Shown here: piece by piece, positions 37,141 to 50,841 of the stretch
Numbering within the stretch: position 1 is the first letter of the stretch
Layout of the letters: every line of letters starts with the position of its first letter
Assembly: GCF_009834535.1 (NCBI RefSeq)
Contig: NC_045697.1
Span: 23,748,001 to 23,812,000, forward strand
DNA length: 64,000 nt
From: Camelus ferus
Taxonomy: Eukaryota
Direction of reading: 5' to 3'
Position numbers and translations under genes: made by a program
The notes under the pieces: model-generated
What the model was told of the DNA's origin: nothing
What the model saw: the letters and a program-made list of their open reading frames with translations, nothing else
Database searches by the model: none

Positions 37141-37704
37141 TTATCATCTACCACATACATACGGAATATAGGAAGAAGAGTTTAAGCATGAAGCAAATGG
37201 AAGGTTTTGTGGAAAAGGCTGGACTTCTGTTAGGTTGCTTTCAATTTTGGATACTATTTCAATAGAAAGTTTCAGAATATGCAAGGCATTAGTACATAGA
37301 ATTTTACTGGAATGTCAAATTTTTGAACGAGGTATCTATGAAATTATATTAAAAGCTTATTTGGGATCTTGACCATGGAAAGTCTCAAAAGACAGGTAGA
37401 GGAAACAGTTTCATTTTTATTCTGTAGGTAATAAGGAGCAACAAGGAGTTACTAGTGGATTACGCTGGCAGCATTCTGTCAAATGAACCAGAGATGCTGG
37501 AGTCTGGTTGAGAGAGGAGAAGTTAAAGGTCTATTGTCATGTTATAGATCAGTGCATCAAAGTCTTCAGTGTGCAGATAAATTCCTTGGGGATCTCGTTA
37601 AAAATTCATATCCCAAAGCAGGGAATCACAGCAGAGACCCAGAGTCTCCAGTTATGTCAAGCATCCAGATGATTCCTTTGTTAATGGTCCAGAATATATT
37701 AGAA

Positions 37705-37961
37705 CAGTGGTCTCAACCTAAGGCATTTTTGTTCTTCAGAGGACATTTGGCAATATCTGGAGATATTTTTGGTCGTCACAGCTGGGACAGGTAGAGGGGG
37801 AGCGAGAGGGATGGAATTGCTCCCGGCACCCTGTGGGTAGAAGCCAGAGATGCTGCTAGAGGACCAAGATGGTGCTAAACTTTCTCTAATGCACAGGACT
37901 CCTCCAACAACAAAGGATTATCTGACCAAAATATCAGTACTGCCGAGGTTGAGAAACTGTG
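37705..37961. mobile_element. MER20 hAT MITE (preceded by a MER5-like fragment at ~37550-37700)
   Basis: CAGTGGTCTCAACC...GGACATTTGGCAATATCTGGAGATATTTTTGGTCGTCACAGCTGGG...GCCGAGGTTGAGAAACTG. Confidence 0.9.
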
Positions 37962-38489
37962 TCCTAAAATTATAACATTTGCAGAAAATCAATAGCATAT
38001 CATCTTCAAAAAAAATGTTGGAAATCTTTATAAACTTAAGAAATCCTATGTTCTTTCACATGTGTTGAGAGGATATTGTAGAACTGGAGGAGAGACAAAA
38101 ATTTGTAAACCCAGATGTGCAACTATTGAAGAAAATCTAATGCCTCTGACTGATTTCATGCTAACATTAAGAATTAAGTTGTGTATATTTCTCCCAAACA
38201 CAATATATCCTTCTTTTCTCCTGATTGTTCTTTTTCTGTATCTTTCAAATCATTGTCACTCCCTTATACTTTTGAAAAAAAATGAAGATAAAAGATATGT
38301 ATTATCTCAAAACCTATGTCTTCACTGATAAATAGATCAAATTTTACACCTAATATTTCTCCTTATTTCCTCTCTGCATGGAAAAGGTTTTCATCAGTTA
38401 TTCCAGTCTATCATTTCCACATTTCCTCAAACTTACATCATTCAATTAGGATTCGGTGATTTTTTTATTCCTTATTCTCCCTTCCTTCT

Positions 38490-38890
38490 TTCTTGCTAAC
38501 ATAACCTTGATTTTGTGGCAAGGCCAGGACAATAATCATGACTGTCCAAAGCCAATTTTCACAAATGCCCCTTCCCACCATTTTTAACCCTCATGAATGG
38601 TGTCCATACACAGGACCACTTCTGATTAATGTCACTTCCTTTGAAGCTGGAGAAGTCTCTGGGAAAGTTATTGCATTCCCTGAAGAAGAGGGCAGGAGTT
38701 CAGATGTGGCTGTCTCCTTCCTGCCTTCAATGTCAATATGATGGCTGGAGATTCAGCAGCCATTTTCTTGTCATGTGGGAAGGACTTTCAAGAATTCTTG
38801 TTACATTAAGAAAAATAAATCCCTATTTGTTTAACCCACAATAAACATGTTTTCTATTTTCTGCATCAAAAAACAACTTTAACTGATGTA
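38490..38890 (+). mobile_element. Old MLT1-type LTR
   Basis: CAATATGATGGCTGGAGATTCAGCAGCCATTTTCTTGTCATG...AAAATAAATCCCTATTTGTTTAACCCAC...AACTGATGTA. Confidence 0.6.
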
Positions 38891-41800
38891 CCTTTCCTCT
38901 CCGCCTCCTCAGAGCACGTGGCTCTTCAGTTTTCACCTAACTTTCCATAATTTTCAATCATTCCCTTTCTAGTGTCACCTTCCCAAACCTGTAAGCATGT
39001 TCAACATTCTTGTACTTCACAAAACAACATATAGCAAACCAAAATACACACATATGTATATATATATAAAACATACATACTTTTTTCTCTGAGTATTACT
39101 TAAAGTTTAAAGTAGAATTTTGCATGTGCTGCAGTTTGACAATGAATGGAAAGATAAATGCTTAACTGCCTCTTTGTTTCTTTCTTCTTCTTTTTTTTTC
39201 TTTTGAACCGAATATAGGCTTATCCAAGTTTCTGTGCCTTTATCTTGTAGTTTAAAGCTCTACATGGTAACAGACGAATCATTTTATAAGAGAACAGAAA
39301 AGAAAATATATCTTTCTCTCCTTATTATTATTAAAAAGTTATTTAAAAAAGTACCTGCAACCCCCACAGTGTATTTTCAAATGTTATATATGGAGTTAAC
39401 TACATATCTCCTTTTAAGAACATTTATAAAAACTGTGGTACAGTGAGCAAAAAAGGGGGGTTAAACTCCTCTAATTTGAATTCCATTGTCAAATCTACTT
39501 TTCTAAAATCTACCTTGTCGACATTCTTTCAGCACATTTTAAAATTACACAACAATGCTTAGGTGATTGGTAAGGCATTTTCAGAATGCCACTGGCTAAT
39601 CTGAAACATTTTCTCAGATCCAAAATAGCATAAGAAGCATAGCTCCCCCCTGTTGAGAAACTTACTAATTCAAGAATTGTGCAAACTCTCACAGATGCTG
39701 ATGCTCCCACAGGGGACTGAGCTAGTGCTGCTACCTTTTTACTTGTGGCACCTCACGTAATTAAGAAAATTACAGTTATGCTCCTTTCTCCAAGACAGGG
39801 AACAAAAACTGTCCTTGGACTCTTTCCAAAGATAAATGGGCAATAATCTCTCATACCTTTTTTTTCTCTAGTTAAGAACATGAAAAAAACATACAGGCAT
39901 TACATTTTTCAGTGCTGGTGGACACACTAGCAGAAAAAGTTTAATTTATTTTATGCCTCGTGCCCCTTATGCTCCCTCATTTAGAAAGATGTGATAATGA
40001 TTATATTTACATATTTTGTCTGAGGTGAAGTATAAGATATGTATCAATGCACTCTAAAGAAGGTAGGAGGCTGGAATAAAGGTGAAAAGAAATTCCTAGA
40101 AGATGTAATGTATTATATCTATTCATAGTTATCTTTCATCTCTAAAAATGGGGAAAAGTAGAGTTCAAATTCTAAGCCTATGGGTCCACTTCAATATAGT
40201 CCAGACACAGCATGCTACCTCCATCTATTTCTTATTTGGTTCCCTAATTTCTTCAGTTTCTTGTGCTGCTCCCTTTCCATGTTGATCTTCATTCTGTTGT
40301 ATCAGAGCAATTATATTAATTGCAAGGTATTCTTAGGAGCTATGCCTGTACTTACTCAATGCTCTTATTTTTAAGTGCTCAGTGTTAGCCTATGATATTT
40401 CCATAGACCTGCTTATTTATGCCTGTAAATCCACACATTTTAAAAAAGACCTTTTGCTTCTGACACACTAAGCAGAACATGTGGCGTATGTTCACTTCTA
40501 CTGGTATTCCTCTGTCTGGGTTTTTCTCTTCTTTACCCACCAGAGAACTCTGAGTTGTGTTACAAAGGCAGTGGGTGGATAGAACTGATGAGTATAATTG
40601 ATGAGTCTTTCTCTTCCTTTTTTTTTTAGAGAAAGAGGACAGTTTCTATGGTAAAAAGATACAGATTCCCTGAAAATCCTCATTCATCACAATTATAACC
40701 TCAACCTCCAGTATTTTGACTGAATGTACCACATCTTTCTTTATTTCACCATGTAAATCCTGCCATGCATTTAGCCATTAACACAGGTGGGCAATACATA
40801 GTAGCACTCAAGGAACAAATTATAATTTTCCTTACTCAAATTTTTATTTACATACTCATCTAGAGAAGTATTATCCTCAAAGGGAAAATACTTTCCTTTA
40901 CAAGTTTATTAGTATTACTTACATGTTTTACAAGGTTATAATAAATCATGTAAGACCATACAAAAAAAAAAAAAACCCACAACTGAAATACTCAGAATCA
41001 GTAACTATACAGAAAAAATCCATAAGTAGATACTGCTCTACCTCAATCATATGCCAACATGGGAAAAAAAAGTCTGATGGGATGTAAGCAGCTCATGGAG
41101 AATTATGCTGTGCAAATGTTACCATTGGACTAGAACTAACTGTATAGAAAGCTGTTCTTATTGCTAACCAGGTTGAATCTGCTACAGTAAATGATAAAAT
41201 CAGTGCCCAGAGGAGAGAGACCAAACTGGAGCTATTCATTTACTAACAAAGTGAAAATCTAGAAAAAGAAGTCAAACACTCCACTGGCAAACTATAAGTG
41301 ATGAATGCAATAGGATATATACAACAAGCATTCAGACATGTTTAAAGTAGAATGGAGTATTTGGACTAACGACAGTAGACATTTGAATTAATAACAGTAG
41401 TTGAAAGGTGGGAACTTCTTTGAATAGTGTTTCCCTCAGTCTGTGAAATGGGAAAGGGCACACTTACCTTAAAGGGATATAAATTTATGTTAGAAAATGA
41501 TCTTACAGGAAATTGACAACATGTCATGTACAAAAGGGTTTTAGCAGATGGGACCTCATATTTTATAAGTAACATCACTTATTATCTTTGACATAATGGT
41601 AGTGGGTAGAATATATACAATCTGTAGCACATTTCTCTGGCTCATTGGGCTAACTGTCACCCTTCTAGTATCCCTGCCAGAATTTTTGCCTTCTCAGGCT
41701 TCAATGCCAAGTAGCTAATCTGTTTGTAAAGTAATTGATATCAATTTATATCATTGTAGTTGCTCTTTTAATTTTGCCACTCTACATGCTTTTATAGTAA

Positions 41801-41991
41801 AATATTCAATAAATTTTGTGCAGTTTTGTTCCTAAGCTTCTTAATTATAAGGGTGTATAAACAATGTGATAAATGTGATATTTATGTATTTTTAAAAACA
41901 GCAAATTAAATTCTATTAAAGGACTTCACTTAGTAAAGTTGGCAAGGAATTTATGTGAGCTATGTTGAATGCTTTCTCTTCCTCACTTCAG

Positions 41992-42057
41992 TTGTACCAG
42001 AATCTTGGAACTAAAATGGCGAAGAAAGCTGGAAAAGGGCCCAGGGTTTCAGTTACT
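41992..42057 (+). other. Candidate 66-nt exon (unverified)
   Basis: Acceptor TTTCTCTTCCTCACTTCAG| and donor ACT|GTAAGT. Open in two frames, with a Kozak-like AAAATGG. Confidence 0.3.
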
Positions 42058-43794
42058 GTAAGTATTGATCTCCTTTCAAGGTTCAATCCATATGGTCCAC
42101 TAAAATTGGGAGTCAAACTCTTAAAAAGGACTTGAAAAAATTTTTCTAAAGTCAAAAATACATAAAAGATAATCATGTAAGAGTTTTTCGCATCTCTCAG
42201 AGTACTACAGTCAAGCACAGTTCATCTTTCTACCACTCACCATTTTTCCACTGACCTCTTTTCTAGTCTCTAGAGATCCACCAGTTCTGGGGTCAAGACC
42301 TCCAGTCTTCAACTCATTTGCTGTTCTTCTTCTACTCTTGCCTTATCTCTCTAAGTACCTGAAAAATTTGTAACTTAAAAGCCTACATAGGGTTTTTGTT
42401 CAGAGTGGGCCTAGTCTAAACTGCTAGATTAACAAAATATCTGTTCCTTTCACTCTGGAATTAAGGAGAGTCCATATCTTAAGAAAAATCACCTGACAAT
42501 TTATGGTGACAGAACAGATAAGAAATTGTGTTTTTATCCAATTGCAAGTGATGAATGCATTTATGTAAAGGGAAAAAAAAAAAAAAACAAAAACAGAACA
42601 AAGCACAAAACAATTATCTACAATAAAATGCTAATAAAGCATATTGTTACATATAGCAAGATATGTGTGCTGGCACACATAACCAGCTTATCTGTTTTCT
42701 TACATACACTATGAATTATACAACTGAACAAGCTCTCCTTTTCACATAATTTTACTTCGTTATTCTGCTCTATTTCACAGATTTTTTTTTGTTTGTTTAC
42801 AAAGAGAATGGACTACATAATCAGATAAATGGATTAAATATTAGCTGTCCCTTTCACAACCAAAGGGTACTGGCAATTCACTTTAATTCTCTGAGCCTTT
42901 GTTTCTGCACCCAAAAAATAAAGATGAGAATATCCAGTTTATAGGATTGCTGTAGAGATTTTTGAATGGCTATAAACTGTGATGGTTAGAAATGCTCGAG
43001 ATATTTATCACTCACCCTCACCCCTCAACAACCCATGAGGTATATTAATTTCCCCCCTAATTTTGTGTGTATGTGTGTATGTTTAAAAAAGTATTTATCC
43101 AATTCTCTCAATTCTTCTTTCAGTTTTCAAGTCTAGGTAAACTTTTAAGTATTCAAGACAAACAAAATGAGACATAATAAAATTTCTTAAAAGTAAAAAT
43201 GGCTTTTTCTCTGCTTTTAAAAACTATTAAATGCTAGTTCCTAGCACTAATAGTAATTTGAGAAATGGACAGAACAAAAATTAAGAATAAGTTGCAGTAA
43301 TTGATTAAGCAAATGATGATGTTAACTCTACTTACAATATTGACAGAATAAATGAGCAATTAAAACCAATATAATGGCAATGGGGAATTGCTTTCCTAAC
43401 TTTCTTAATCATTTTACTGACAACAATGACTGTTTAAAGTAAGGTTATATGCCAAAATATTCTTTCAAAAATTAATAGAAAATAGATAATTAAAACAAGT
43501 TTTAAAGATGATAGGAAAGATGATACCTACAAGCACTTAGAAATGACAGAGGAATTTACATTATTACAGAATTTTCTTTATATTAAAATAATCTAATCAA
43601 AGACCTCAGCTTTTGGTAATGGTACTTAAAAAAATAACTTTATCCATTCAATTAAAAATATCTTGTATAGTCAATGACCATCTTCTAGCATTAAATAAGA
43701 TAAAATTTTTAAGTTACAGAACACAATTTATTAGAAAGCTTTTTTGGATTTAAGTCCAGTGTTGTTTCCCAAGATTTATTTTTCTCTAAGTAAG

Positions 43795-43905
43795 CGTGAT
43801 AGTAGTGACAGTTCCACAATAATGTGAATGTGTTTAATGCCACTAAATTGTACACTTAAAAATAACTTTTATGTTATGTGTATTTTACCACAATAAAAAA
43901 TTCAA
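43795..43905 (+). mobile_element. L1MB/L1MC 3' tail fragment
   Basis: CACAATAATGTGAATGTGTTTAATGCCACTAAATTGTACACTTAAAA...TATTTTACCACAATAAAAAA. Confidence 0.85.
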
Positions 43906-44329
43906 AAGATAGAAAGCTACATTTTATTGACAAAACAGGTTATTTCCTAACACTTTAAAAATTAATGATTAACTTTTTTTGAAAAAATAAATTATTCCTT
44001 AATTGTGAGTCCTCTTTTTTTTACCCCGTTCTCATTATTTTTTCCTTATGATTTCTTGTATTTTCCCATGTTCCTTTAAAATATGGAAACCTATAATTGA
44101 TGTCATACTAGAAAACAGAAGAGGAGTACTGTTCCTGTTGGGCTCTGCTATTGCCATGGCTGTGAGATCTCCCCTGTCTGGCTTCCCTACTCTATTGGAG
44201 GTTTCTGTTTATTATTTTTACAGTATCATAAGGATATTTGTTTATATCAGAGAACTAAGTCAAAATACATATTTTTTATTACTAAGACTGAATATATACA
44301 TAAAATGATGTAAGAATAATTATTGTCCT

Positions 44330-44830
44330 TTTGGTATATACTAAATGGAAGTGTCTATACAGTTTTACCAAAAGTCATATGCAAATTGTTAAAATTATAC
44401 CAGGTATAGTATCCAAAATGGATATAATCCAAATTTTTTTCAATAGTAGTACAATAACTAAATAGTGGTATATTCAAATAATGATGAACTATATAGCCAT
44501 GAGAATAAACAACTATCGCCATGCCCACTAGTATTGATTAATTTTACAAACATACTATTGAACTGAAAAAGGTAGCCACAAAAAGATGCACACAGTATGA
44601 TTCCATTTACTTAAAGTAGGAAGAGAGGACAAGGTTACCTACAGTGTTAGAAGTATGGAGAGTGGCTATCTAGGGAGAAGCCGTGTCTTGGAGCAGGATG
44701 CAGACACTTCGTGGGGTGTGGCAATGTTCCAGTGCTCTGTCTGGATGCTAGTTACTTTGTGAAAATTCATTTAAAGGTACATATTTCTTCATGCATGCTA
44801 TATGGCAATAAGAAATGTACTTAAAATTTT
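44330..44830 (+). mobile_element. L1ME/L1MC 3' end fragment
   Basis: GGTATATTCAAATAATGATGAACTATATAGCCATGAGAATAAACAA...CAGTATGATTCCATTTAC...TTTGTGAAAATTCATT. Confidence 0.75.
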
Positions 44831-46189
44831 AAAAGTCCTGAATTCTGTTCTATGGTTAGTATGTATGTAGCTCAAATTCTTTCAGTTTCTCTACAATTTC
44901 TATACATGAAAAAGTAAAGGGACTGGCAGTGGCAGACTGGCAAAAATCCAAATCGCTGAAGACAATAGCCACAGAAACAATAATGAAATAGCTTTCAGGA
45001 AATACCAAAACAAGAATTGAAATAAAATATTAGCAGTTTAATGATACTTTAGAATGTCTAAATGAAGAATTTTATTACACCATTAAATAGTATACCAGCA
45101 TGTCAATGCAGATTTACCCACTGTCATTCCTGAGACTCTCAGCTAGTTGTGTGTGTACTTAATCAGTTGTTCCTTATTCCATTTTGCATCTTTTAAACTT
45201 TCTGTAAGGGTATTGTTTTGCTCTTTTCCCCTTTTTTTTGTGGAAAAAAATATTGATATCAAATTGTACTCTTAAAAAAAATCTGATCTTGTAAAGAAAT
45301 CCACACTACTTGTTTCATCTATAAATGGAATGGGTATAGACTAAGTTCTTTATCCAGGTCACAGGCAGAGATTTTAGGTAATATTTGCCTCAGGATACAT
45401 TTCCCATGGTGACTGTGATTGGAGAGTCAGCTGTGGGCTGTAAAGCAGTCCTTTTGGTTATAATCCTTCCCACATGGCATTTACCCAAGACTTTAGTTTT
45501 CAGAGGCGGCAACTATTTCCCCAAACTAGCATAGTCGGGGGCTCTCTATTACAGGCTCACTTCAGCCTTGTTTTTTGTGATCAAAAAATCTCCTGCCTTC
45601 AGGCAAAGTGGGTCTGACAGCCACTGTTGTTTTCCTAACACTGCTCAACTCCCTTCCTCCTTTTGAAGCTGTAACTCACTGTGTCTGGGGAGTAAAGTAT
45701 TTTTGTCTGCCCTCTCTTCCTGGCCCTCTCCTATTTGCCCTAGCTACACAGCCAGCAGGATGTCACATTAGGTGTCCTAAAGAGTGCTAGTATTATTTTT
45801 GAGCCATTTCCATCCTTCAGAGGCAGGATTGGCTAATCAACTGAGATGAATGGGACACACTATAAGCAGAGTGATCTTAGGAAAAGATAACACTCTATGG
45901 CACAGCTGCCTTCTTCACTGTGCCCTAGACATTTAGAAGATTTAACTGCTGCTGCAAAAGAGGCTTCTAGGAAAGAAACCGTAATTCCATAGGAATTTAA
46001 CTCACTCAACCATCATCTCCAATGCGTGTAACACAAGAAACTCTGAAGTGGCCTAGTGTCAAGAGACCAGCTAGGCCACCCATACTTAAATATCAGTGGA
46101 AAACAAGTCTCTTCTGCTTTCTCAGCTACGGCCAAATCTATGTGTGATGAGACCGTTTAGTTCCAAGGAGAATATTTGCATTTAACTTC

Positions 46190-46400
46190 TATTGAGCACT
46201 CACAATGCATACAGCACCGTTTCTAAAACTTCATCTGCATTATCTCAATTAATCCTGTGATAAAACTCTGAATTATAAAATCTTAATGTTTATTCTAGAG
46301 ATGTGAAAACTGAGGCAAAAAGAAATTTAGTCACATGCCTCAAAACGTACAACATGTAGCCTTTGGAACTGGGATTCCTGGGCTGATTCTGGAATCTCCA
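46190..46400 (-). mobile_element. MIR SINE
   Basis: ATTGAGCACTCACAATG...CATTATCTCAATTAATCCTG...AGATGTGAAAACTGAGGC. Confidence 0.75.
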
Positions 46401-46614
46401 TGAAGTGTATCAATGCTTTGAGTCCTGTGCTCCTGAAATGGGGATGTGAAATCTCAATGAGACGCAAGGAAAAATCTCCCTCTCTGTATTATTCTCCTAG
46501 GGCGGCCACAACAAAGCATCACAAACTAGGTGAGTTTCAATAACTTGCCCAAGATCTTGAGATTAGTATGTGAAGCCAGGATTAAAACCCTGGTGGTCTG
46601 AATCCAAAGCCTTG

Positions 46615-47076
46615 TGTATTAGTTTCCTGTAACTGCGGTAACAAATTACCAAAAACTAGATGGCTAATGACAACAGAAACTTATTGTCTCATAGTTTTGA
46701 AAGCTGTAAGTTTGAAATCAAGGTGTCAGCAGAGCCATGGACCTGAAACCCACAGGGCCTCCTTGCTTGCCTCTTCCTAGCTTCTGCTGGTTTTCCATCG
46801 ATCCTTGACAACCCTTGGCTGTAACTGCATAACTCCAGTCTGTATCTCTGTCATCACACTGCATTCTGTGTGCGTCTGTTCTCACATGGCTATCTTCTTA
46901 AAAGGACATCAATCATACTGGATTAGGAGCCCACCCTACTCTAATATGACCTCATCTCAGCTTAACTCATTACATTTGCAACAAAGTTATGTGTTAATAA
47001 GATCACATTCGGAGGTAGTGGGGGTTAGAATATATCTTTTCTGAGGGGGAAGAGGGTATACAGTTCAACATCAACA
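46615..47076 (-). mobile_element. MLT1 (MaLR) solo LTR, near full length
   Basis: TGTATTAGTTTCCTGTAACTGCGGTAACAAATTACC...AAATCAAGGTGTCAGCAGAGCCATG...TGGATTAGGAGCCCACCCTACTC...CAGTTCAACATCAACA. Confidence 0.9.
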
Positions 47077-47807
47077 TCATCTCCTTTATGTTCTCATAGC
47101 CCTGAATTTTAAAATATTTTAAGAAATATCACTCTATAACTTATTACAACATATCTGCTCATACGTGTTACCTGCCTATTAGAGTATGCGATGTCAACAG
47201 GTCAATAGCTACCACATCTTACATTTTGTTACCCCTTGACTATTTTTTGATAGGCTGTCATAGGAACTTGTACAATTAATATATTTTTGAATAAGTAAAT
47301 GAATAATTTTGATGCATATTTGCATTAGGTACATACTGGTGCATAACACATTACTCTCAAACTTAAAAAAACATACATTTATTGTTTCAGTTTATCTGGA
47401 TGAGAAATCTAAAAGCTTAAATTAGGTTTTATATTTCTTTCAATATGATTTTATTTTGTACTTACTATGGTAACTATAGACATGAGCCTCAGTAAATTGA
47501 TTAGGATTTAAAGAGAGATAAGGTAGTGATCTATATGGTAGTAGGGTAAAGAGCACACCACAGTCTCAATTTTACATAGATTTCATTTGGTTAGCAATTC
47601 TTATCAGAAAAGCATTACACAAGGCATTGTGGAGATGTCAAATAAGTAAGCCACTGTTCTTGGGTTTAACATTGTCACAGCAAGAAAGCAGCATCTGAAA
47701 AGTAGAAAAAAACTAACAAACAACAAATAAATGTCATATTGGTTATACTAAGACCAGGTACTAACTTTCCTAGTTCAGTTAGTCCAATAATATTTCTATT
47801 CAGTTTT

Positions 47808-48036
47808 TTTTTCTCCTCTATGCTTAATTTTTTTAACATTTTTATTGAGTTACAATCATTTTACAGTGTTGTGTCAAATTCCAGTGAAAAGCACACTTTT
47901 TCAGTTATACATGAACATATATATATTCATTGTCACACATTTTTTTCTCTGTGAGCTACCATAATATCTTGTATATATTTCCCTGTGCTATACAGTATGA
48001 TCTTGTTTATCTATTCTACAGTTTTGAAATCCCAAT
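47808..48036 (-). mobile_element. Short, relatively young camelid-type L1 3' end
   Basis: TTTTTAACATTTTTATTGAGTTACAATCATTTTACAGTGTTGTGTCAAATTCCAGTG...GTGAGCTACCATAA. Candidate TSD CAGTTTT (47801-47807 and 48037-48043) followed by AAAA, an L1 endonuclease-type site. Confidence 0.8.
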
Positions 48037-48069
48037 CAGTTTTAAAAACTGTTTTGTAATGTCTCTTTT

Positions 48070-48325
48070 TTAAACTTTTTTTAAAAATTGAAGTATAGTT
48101 GATTTACAATGTTTCAGGTATACAGCAAAGTGATTCAGTTATACATATATATTACTTTCCAGATTCTTTTCCATTATAGGTTATTATAAGGTACTGAATA
48201 TAGTTCCATGTGTCATACAGTAGGTCCTTGCTTTTTATCTATTTTATATATAGAAGTGTGTATCCCAAATTCCTAATTTATCCCTCCCCACCTTTCCGCT
48301 TTGGTAATCATAAGTTTGTTTTATA
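48070..48325 (-). mobile_element. L1 3' end fragment (L1MA/artiodactyl type)
   Basis: AATTGAAGTATAGTTGATTTACAATGTTTCAGGTATACAGCAAAGTGATTCAGTTATAC...GGTAATCATAAGTTTGTTT. Confidence 0.88.
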
Positions 48326-49969
48326 TATATACATGTATGTATATAAATAATAGGTAATATTCATATTCTTACTGAAAGCTGCTTAAACACTTTTGTATAG
48401 ATAAAGAGAAGGAAAACCTTATATTCCTGACACTATTACTCTTCCCTAACCTTAGCCCTTTCCATTCTTGCTTACTTTTCTAATTTGGGGAGTAGAATTA
48501 TGCAAACAAGTTCCAGATTTTCCAGTGTAAAGTCATTCCACATATTAGTTGAGCACCTGTTATGCCCCAGACATTACAGTTAGGAGGAGACAGGACAGAT
48601 GAAATCTCATCCTTCATAGATCACACAGCCTACTGAATAAATTAGGTAAATAAAACGACAACAATAACAAAAGAACAATGAAAAAGGAGGGAAATGACTG
48701 ACTAAAAGAATGGCAGTGTGTAATGGATCCAGTACAGAAAACTAAGTGGTGCCATGGAAATACTGGAGAAGGAACTAGAGTGGAGGTGGGTAATACTTCT
48801 CTCAGACATAGCAATCACTGAGGAGGAGATCATTTAATCTGAAACACTAAATTAAGAAAAGGACAGTCATATCAAGAAGAGGGGGAAACAGACGTCCAGT
48901 AGGAAGGAATAATATGTATAAAAGATCTCAAGTATCTTTCAACTTTGAGTCTAAAGTCTCAGAGTTTGTATGCTGAGGAACTCAATAAAGTCAAAATAAT
49001 ATATTTATGAAAGGATATGGATAAATGACTATCTCTTCCAGGACAGGAATTCCAGCTGAGTCTCACTAGATACCACCCAGTGAGATTTTCCTCAGGAGCT
49101 CCTAGTATTCTGTTTAGGGGAAGAAACATGTGTCTCTTTATAGAAATCATGTAGTGAACAGCGTAAAAGAGACACTGCAGAAAATGCTTTAACTCTTTCA
49201 GAGGCAGTTCTTTTGGTCCAATGATCATGAAAGTCATTTATTTGACAAAATGTTGGTAGGTAATAGTTAATGTTTATTGAGCAGATATTCCATGCCAGAT
49301 CCCAATCCAAGCATGTTATAAAAATTGTTCAACTTAATTCTAAGATTTATCCTATAAAGTAGATACTATTGATATTGCTTAGTTTACAAATGAGAAAACT
49401 TAGGTTTAGACAGGTTTAAAACCTTGTCTAGTGTCACATAATGTCATTATAAACTGTAATGATAAGCCTGAAATATTGTATAGTTTGAAATTATTATTGC
49501 ATGTTAAGTAGTAAGCTTTGCAAAATAGGATGTGAATACCCACAGAGACCAATACAGTAAGATTCCTGATATGCAGATGCTCACATCTCTCTGGCTTGTA
49601 CAAAGAGTTGAACTAAAAGATAAACATCGCAAACTATGCTGAGATTATATAACAAGATAGCAGCTGAGGAGAAAGTAACTAATGGCATAAATTTGCCTGA
49701 CATATAGAATAAGAATCCATGTAACATTTGAGTTTAGATAGTCCTACATTCTCTTTGCCTACTCATGATTACATGGATTTTGTTTCACGAATGTCCTTTG
49801 ATTATTGTAAGATAAATTTATGAAAAATTTCTATTATAAATGTGCCAAAGCTCTCACATTGAAAAACAAAACCAAAACAATTCTAAATAGATTGTTCAAG
49901 ATCTATAAAAAGATATAGTTCGTGAAAGAGTAACATATGGAAAATCTGACTTTATTTATTCCTTTAAAA

Positions 49970-50456
49970 TGTAAGAAAAAAATAAGAGTGCCAACTAAAA
50001 ACTGGCACTTGTCATCTGCCTCTACAAGGATTAAATCATTAGCCACTGCTGTCGCTGACCTTCAACATACCCTGAAAGGAGTTCAGGGCAGAGATCTGGA
50101 ATGAAGTACATTCTGTGCTCTGGGAAAAAAACTGGCAGAACAGGCCTTCAGATAGTTAGATATTTTCAGATTTTATGAACCCAAATTCTTGCATTTCTCA
50201 TATCTAGAAAAGCACTAAAATCATTAATAGAGACACCTGCTCCTCGTGACTAGCAGCAACCTTCTTGTGACTAGCAGCAAGCTTCTCCCAAAATGTGTGC
50301 TTGACTGCCTTACCCCTCTTCTGAGCTTCCCCTTTACCTCTTCAGAGCAGTTCCTCAGAGCTATCTGAGACACTGTCTTCTGGGCTATAGTCCTGATTTT
50401 GCCCCAAATAAAACTTTACTTACAACTCCCACGTTGTGCATATTTTTCAGTTGACA
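49970..50456 (+). mobile_element. ERV1-type solo LTR (cetartiodactyl family)
   Basis: TG start (TGTAAG) and end ...CCCCAAATAAAACTT...TTGTGCATATTTTTCAGTTGACA. Internal 21-bp duplication of GTGACTAGCAGCAA. No clean TSD. Confidence 0.8.
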
Positions 50457-50841
50457 AAGGCAGGGCTAAAATACTTGTTGACTAATATTCTAATAGTTGA
50501 ATAATTCATAGTCAATTTTAAATTACTAATGATCCCTAAAGAAAATTAAGTTTAATACACATTTTGAAAGTCATGTTACCAGTTATTGGTTATATGATTA
50601 CTTAAATAATAAACATACAGAAAGAAGATAAAATTTTAGTGTTTAATGAAACATATTGTGTTTCATTGAATTATATATATTTTACTACATCAAAATTTAA
50701 TATGTATTTTTCTACACACACCCATATATACAGAAATACACACATATGCCCATATAATAGTAATAATTTTACCTTAGATTTTCAATGAAAAACATTTAAA
50801 AATTATAGATTTTATAAGTGAAAATGCATTCAGAATCAGAA

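Noticed and set aside
39514..39600. 87-nt minus-strand candidate exon (LASGILKMPYQSPKHCCVILKCAERMST)
   Set aside because: Weak acceptor pyrimidine tract, weak donor (GTAGAT), and an unrecognised peptide.
41425..41500. Minus-strand recursive splice site (CTAAC..CCCTTTAAG|GTAAGTG at 41468/41467)
   Set aside because: The motif and adjacent CCCATTTCACAGACTGAGGGAAAC match a decayed MIR (CCCTATGAGGTAGGT..CCCATTTTACAGATGAGGAAAC), which explains it without invoking function.
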